This document shows, piece after piece, positions 58,895 through 64,000 of a stretch of DNA of 64,000 bases. Each line of letters starts with the position of its first letter. Within the stretch, counting starts at the first letter, position 1. The translations under genes were made by a program, and so were the position numbers. The DNA is taken from the sequence record ON631220.1, one strand, 5' to 3'. Under the pieces are notes generated by a model. The model did no database searches and was not told the DNA's origin. It saw nothing but the letters and a program-made list of their open reading frames with translations.

Positions 58895-59506
58895 ATGATT
58901 GTAGATGCACATGGTGTAGACCTCTTGGACATCTGTGCAGGTGGCCATCTTACACAGCAAACAACCCAATGGTTGGGTGAGCGTAGTCAGGCACTGCGTT
59001 CAACTATGTCAACTGCTGCTGCTAGCTTTTTCAATACTGCACAAAATATGTACAGTATGATTAGTGAATCAGCTGCTGTTCAAGCACTGCGGAATCTAAC
59101 CACAAAGAAAGATAATTTATGGCAGTCGAACAACATTGTGTATCTTGAGACATTAGCTGAACTACAAACAGCTGGTCCGATTATGCAACGTTGGGTTATG
59201 GCGCATGAACGTCTAAGAACTATGTATCTTAATAATGAAGTTGATGGATATAGTGGTTCTTATAATAACATCCAAGGTGATGCAGTAGGTGAGCGACAGT
59301 TTGATTATCGTCGCGTGATGGATGGAGTTATGTATACCGATAAGAAAGAATTCGGTTATAAAAACTATCACGAAGATATCAAGAGTGATCGTAAACTTAG
59401 TTTGCATGAAAAAGTTGACATCATCCGTATGTGGAATGCTATTGATGGGCATCTAGACGCAGGTGAAGAAGATCCAACTTCAGTCGTAGGTAATCTTCTA
59501 GGTTAA
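58895..59506 (+). CDS. Conserved protein at the phiKZ gp59 position (possible nuclear-import factor Imp3)
   Basis: 203 aa, GAGGTG RBS; gene count between gp54 and the gp65 nuclease is consistent; positional inference. Confidence 0.5.
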   Translation: MIVDAHGVDLLDICAGGHLTQQTTQWLGERSQALRSTMSTAAASFFNTAQNMYSMISESAAVQALRNLTTKKDNLWQSNNIVYLETLAELQTAGPIMQRWVMAHERLRTMYLNNEVDGYSGSYNNIQGDAVGERQFDYRRVMDGVMYTDKKEFGYKNYHEDIKSDRKLSLHEKVDIIRMWNAIDGHLDAGEEDPTSVVGNLLG

Positions 59507-59557
59507 ATAAATGAGAGTCCCGTACAGGGGCTCTCTTCTATCGTTTAGGAGAGATCT

Positions 59558-59893
59558 ATGTCAATTGATCTACTCGTACCAAATAAACTAAAGATGTTTC
59601 AAAAAAGTCCAGATGGTACGGGATATATGTATTTTAATAGTACAGATGGAATAGAACTTAAACACGATAATCAAACACGACTATTGTATCTTCCTGATAA
59701 TGACTATGTAACTGGTGATTATGTTTCACCTGATACTAAATTTATTTTTACAGTTATTGAAGGTGAAGTGGTCTCTGTTAAATTAGATACTGGCGAGGAA
59801 ATACATAGTTATAGTTTTTGTGATGAGAGTCCATTGTGGAACCATCCACATATTGCTTATTACGTTAAGGAAAATACCGATGCTATTAATTAA
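59558..59893 (+). CDS. Hypothetical protein
   Basis: 111 aa, AGGAG RBS. Confidence 0.7.
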   Translation: MSIDLLVPNKLKMFQKSPDGTGYMYFNSTDGIELKHDNQTRLLYLPDNDYVTGDYVSPDTKFIFTVIEGEVVSVKLDTGEEIHSYSFCDESPLWNHPHIAYYVKENTDAIN

Positions 59894-60332
59894 GCACAAT
59901 AACCCATCAATGCCACTGCACCCTATTCTTAAATTAACTACTGCTGTAGTTGATTCAACTCGTTTTAATCTTGAAGAATATTCTTATCTTAAAGAAGCAT
60001 TTAAAAATGGTACTCTACGTATCTATGTGACTGGATATGACTATGCTTACCCATCTGAAGATGGCCATCTTGTTATTAAAGACGACTATCCTAAGGTGGC
60101 TAACAGACCACCATTTGTACATGTTGGTAGAGATCCGAATGGGTTAATTGATGATACCCAGCTATATGTAGCTACAACCCATTTTTCAGGGACAAGTAGT
60201 GAAATTACTACCAGACCCATTAGTGTACATGCATGTGTTACTGAACACGATATCGTTTTAACAAGTACACTCAAGAAAAAAGAAGATGCTGTTATTGTGT
60301 ATCACATTGAACTAATTGCATGTAAATATTAG
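59880..60332 (+). CDS. Hypothetical protein
   Basis: AAGGA RBS before ATG 59880. Confidence 0.65.
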   Translation: MLLIKHNNPSMPLHPILKLTTAVVDSTRFNLEEYSYLKEAFKNGTLRIYVTGYDYAYPSEDGHLVIKDDYPKVANRPPFVHVGRDPNGLIDDTQLYVATTHFSGTSSEITTRPISVHACVTEHDIVLTSTLKKKEDAVIVYHIELIACKY

Positions 60333-60410
60333 TATACTAGTTAATGTAAGTATTTAACTGTATGTATCAAGTAATATAAAGGGAGCCATTTGGCTCCCAT
60401 CTTAACTTAA

Positions 60411-60848
<438 letters not shown>

Positions 60849-61406
60849 ATGACTAGTGAAGTTGAACAAAATGAAAGCGAAGCTATGAACTCCATGCTAT
60901 TAAAACGAATTCATATGCTAGAAGTAACAGTTAGGAATCTAACGAAACATGCTAAAGTTATAGATGAGTCTTTCCAACAATTGGTAAAAGTTAAAGCTGA
61001 AGAAACTGCAACATTTAATATTCGCGTTAGTCGAGTTCTTGCAGATATTCTTTGCAATATGGGTGAAAGTATTCGGCGTGAAGTTGATGACGCAATGCGA
61101 GCTATCAATGGTGATACTAAACCAGTATTCTCACTAGTTGAAGTAGATGGAGTTAATCAGAAAGAACATATGGACTCGGTCATTGTTCGTAAAGGCGGTG
61201 ATAAAGGTTATATGTTTGCTACTGTTGGAACACCTAATAAGTTCACTACTGAAAACTGCGATGCGTTGATTGATTACCTAAATAGTAATCCTCAACTAAT
61301 GGAAAACAAAGAAGAAGCTCGTTTCAATATCATCACTACTCTGACTAAACAACAGATTGAACAAGTTATGGGTAAAGAAGATGGCAACTCCGGAACCGAA
61401 CACTAG
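60849..61406 (+). CDS. Hypothetical coiled-coil protein
   Basis: 185 aa abutting the upstream stop. Confidence 0.7.
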   Translation: MTSEVEQNESEAMNSMLLKRIHMLEVTVRNLTKHAKVIDESFQQLVKVKAEETATFNIRVSRVLADILCNMGESIRREVDDAMRAINGDTKPVFSLVEVDGVNQKEHMDSVIVRKGGDKGYMFATVGTPNKFTTENCDALIDYLNSNPQLMENKEEARFNIITTLTKQQIEQVMGKEDGNSGTEH

Positions 61407-61989
61407 AGTTACAGATAGCGATAACATGATCATGGATGCAATGCAAGCCATGGTTAGCATTCATCAGAAAGAGATACCTATTGTCCATGAGGACGTTTTT
61501 GTAAAGAATATATTACCGTTACTTGAATGTCCGTGGGCACCTGGTGCATTAGATGAATATCGTAAATATGTTCATGAGCTATCAAATCCATTACGTGTAG
61601 CAAGTGTTAATACCAAAGAAGCAGTTGTACTTTTTACAGTTCCAGCACTTTATCCTCGTCCAAGTGTTGCAATCTCATCTGGTGAGAATGTTGCTAGTAT
61701 TTCTAATGTAATGGATTATTATAATAAAGAACATAATCGCAATCCACGCGGTGGGTTTGCTAAAGAAGCAGCTCAATTCTTAGAGCGGTGTGTTTATAAT
61801 GAACCATTGGAAAAACAACTTCTACAAGTGTTAATCCAAATCTTAGCAGCATATGGTCGGGTATTAAAAAATACTGATGGTACTCCGTTATATGAGTTAC
61901 CGAATGCATCTTCATCTAAATCTGGAGGTGTGCAAGTAGATACACCTGAGAATGATGAATGTGTTTACGGTGACGAATATGAAGACTGA
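61381..61989 (+). CDS. Conserved hypothetical protein (gp64-like)
   Basis: Start MATPEP at 61381. Confidence 0.7.
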   Translation: MATPEPNTRVTDSDNMIMDAMQAMVSIHQKEIPIVHEDVFVKNILPLLECPWAPGALDEYRKYVHELSNPLRVASVNTKEAVVLFTVPALYPRPSVAISSGENVASISNVMDYYNKEHNRNPRGGFAKEAAQFLERCVYNEPLEKQLLQVLIQILAAYGRVLKNTDGTPLYELPNASSSKSGGVQVDTPENDECVYGDEYED

Positions 61990-63118
61990 TAAAACAAAGA
62001 AACCTGGCATATTTCGATATTTAACAGTAGGCGATGTCCATATGGGGCATCGCCAAACTCCTACTGAATTAATCATCAATAACTTTTGGAAAACTGTCCC
62101 TGATACAATTTTAAAAGATATTGATATGTTGATTATTACAGGGGATTTATTTGATCGCCAATTAAACAATGGTGATCCAGCTGCATACGCAATTGATAGA
62201 TTTATTACAATACTTCTCTACAAATGTGAAATGTATAATGTAATGATCCGTATTGTTGAAGGGACTCCATCACACGATCGTGGGCAAATGCAGTTTTTCG
62301 TAGAACAAAAGAATAATGCTAATATTAAAGTTGATTTGCATTATTCAAAGATTCTCGATATCGAGTATATTGAGAAACTAGATGCATATTTCCTTTATGT
62401 CCCTGATAAATGGAATCCATCCACATCAGAGACTTTAAATCAAGTAAAAGATTTAATGCATAAGAAAGGTATATCTCAAGTTGACTTCACTATTTTACAT
62501 GGTGCATTTAAACACCAGCTACCTAGCATTGTTGAAGAGCCAACACATGATCCAGATGAATATTTAGCATTAACTAAATATATGATCAATGGTGGACATG
62601 TTCATGAGATGTCTATCTATGAACGCATTTTAGCTGCCGGTGGATTTGACCGATTAAGTCACAACGATGAAATTCCAAAAGGATTATTTGATGTTGTGGT
62701 GAAAGAAAATGGCGAATGGACTGCTACATTCCTTGAGAATAAGGGTGCGCGTAGATATGATACTTTGAATGTCCATGGAATGGATACTAAGCAACTTAAT
62801 TACACTGTTAAAGAACATATCAAGACACTACCAACTAACTCTGCAATTAGGTTAAGATGTAATCCAGGTGATGTAGCTACTGGTGATCTCGATACATTTC
62901 AAAATGAATATCCTAATTTTTCATGGAGTATCTTAATTGAAAAAGTTACTACAAAGAAAAATACTGTGTCAGATAGCCTAAAGAATTTTGATTTATCAGA
63001 ATTTTTGGATATAACTCCAGAAAGTATTTCTGATTTAATTATTCCAGATATTGAAAAATTTACAGCGGACGCTGCTCAGATCCAGCGGGTATTGGGATTA
63101 TTGACAGAGTTCAAATAA
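61979..63118 (+). CDS. sbcD: SbcD/Mre11-family metallophosphoesterase nuclease
   Basis: GDVHMG, TGDLFD, EGTPSHD, LHG, GHVH motifs. Confidence 0.88.
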   Translation: MKTDKTKKPGIFRYLTVGDVHMGHRQTPTELIINNFWKTVPDTILKDIDMLIITGDLFDRQLNNGDPAAYAIDRFITILLYKCEMYNVMIRIVEGTPSHDRGQMQFFVEQKNNANIKVDLHYSKILDIEYIEKLDAYFLYVPDKWNPSTSETLNQVKDLMHKKGISQVDFTILHGAFKHQLPSIVEEPTHDPDEYLALTKYMINGGHVHEMSIYERILAAGGFDRLSHNDEIPKGLFDVVVKENGEWTATFLENKGARRYDTLNVHGMDTKQLNYTVKEHIKTLPTNSAIRLRCNPGDVATGDLDTFQNEYPNFSWSILIEKVTTKKNTVSDSLKNFDLSEFLDITPESISDLIIPDIEKFTADAAQIQRVLGLLTEFK

Positions 63119-63130
63119 AAGGCAATAATA

Positions 63131-63961
63131 ATGGATATTATCGAGAGAGATGTAGGTGCTAATATTCCGATTAGCATTGGAACTTCTTTTGCTCTCGAAG
63201 GGCTTATAGGAACACATCCACAAAAGCCTAGACAACCAACTGATGTTAAGTCTATTAAAGAAATATGGATTAATGTCCGTACTCTTGCAAGAAATATGTG
63301 GCAGGCTATGAAGTCTGAACAACAAACTAATATTAACTTGGTTGCAGCAGTCGATGTTTTATTTCAAGAAGCACAAACAATCCCGGTTGCTTTACGGCAA
63401 TCGGGGATAAAAGCAACTGTAAAATATTACATTACTGGTCGAGATGCAGTGAAGTGGTTATTCCCTAAAGCTACATTTAAAGTATCACGAACACCGCAAC
63501 AATTAGCTTATGATGTTTATGAACGATTTGTGTCAATTGAACTATACCAGAAGTTAAAAGATACAGATTTAACTACAATGGAAATATCTAATAAACCTCC
63601 AAAGGTTGAAGGTACTGTTTTACTATTAACCCATTTCCCACATGAATTATTATGGAAACCCCATTTTAATAGACTTCTTTTATTGGAATCCCATACGGGC
63701 AAAATAAAGACATACAACATGTGGTATACTAAACTAAATGGTTTAAAAGAAGATACTCCATTTCCTTTTACATCATTTGCTATACAGATATTTGGCGATA
63801 AACAATTACTTGAACCACAAGACAAAGCTATTCGTGCACAGTTAAAACAATTGGCACAATCTAGAAAATGGACAGGATTAACAACACCAGATAAAGTTCA
63901 TCATGACATTACTGCTTATGGTTCTAAAGAGTTAAAAGAAGCATACAAGAAATTCAAATAG
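63131..63961 (+). CDS. Conserved phiKZ-family protein (gp66 position)
   Basis: 276 aa, AAGG RBS; function not recognised with confidence. Confidence 0.7.
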   Translation: MDIIERDVGANIPISIGTSFALEGLIGTHPQKPRQPTDVKSIKEIWINVRTLARNMWQAMKSEQQTNINLVAAVDVLFQEAQTIPVALRQSGIKATVKYYITGRDAVKWLFPKATFKVSRTPQQLAYDVYERFVSIELYQKLKDTDLTTMEISNKPPKVEGTVLLLTHFPHELLWKPHFNRLLLLESHTGKIKTYNMWYTKLNGLKEDTPFPFTSFAIQIFGDKQLLEPQDKAIRAQLKQLAQSRKWTGLTTPDKVHHDITAYGSKELKEAYKKFK

Positions 63962-64000
63962 AAGAAATACTTGTTGCGATAATATTACGTAGAAATCATT

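Overview
This window is 64 kb of an AT-rich, nucleus-forming Pseudomonas jumbo phage closely related to phiKZ (Phikzvirus/Chimalliviridae). The identification rests on recalled protein sequences, motifs and gene order; no database search was run, so phiKZ gp numbers are recalled or positional. In order, the window holds: an internal head protein, nrdB/nrdA, a gp1-gp4 block (probable ChmB, DHFR), a mosaic early region of small ORFs, terminase, two baseplate-type genes, tail sheath and tube, Dip, PhuZ tubulin, a split family-B DNA polymerase subunit, chimallin (ChmA/PhuN), the N-terminal beta-prime subunit of the non-virion RNA polymerase, and an SbcD/Mre11 nuclease. The phage-nucleus system itself is already described. 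The features least explained by the ORF track are: (1) the RNAP gene is split by two tandem group I introns that isolate the catalytic NADFDGD motif on a 126-nt exon, each intron carrying an HNH endonuclease in a different position, the second with two compensating frameshifts; (2) a ~330-nt, apparently non-coding, heavily structured segment with a predicted pseudoknot directly after chimallin; (3) a candidate ~125-nt antisense sRNA at about 17.5 kb; (4) duplicated gene starts or leaders flanking small cassettes; (5) a family of CCCTCC/GGAGGG hairpins flanked by CATAA/TTATG. No tRNA, rRNA or CRISPR array was seen.
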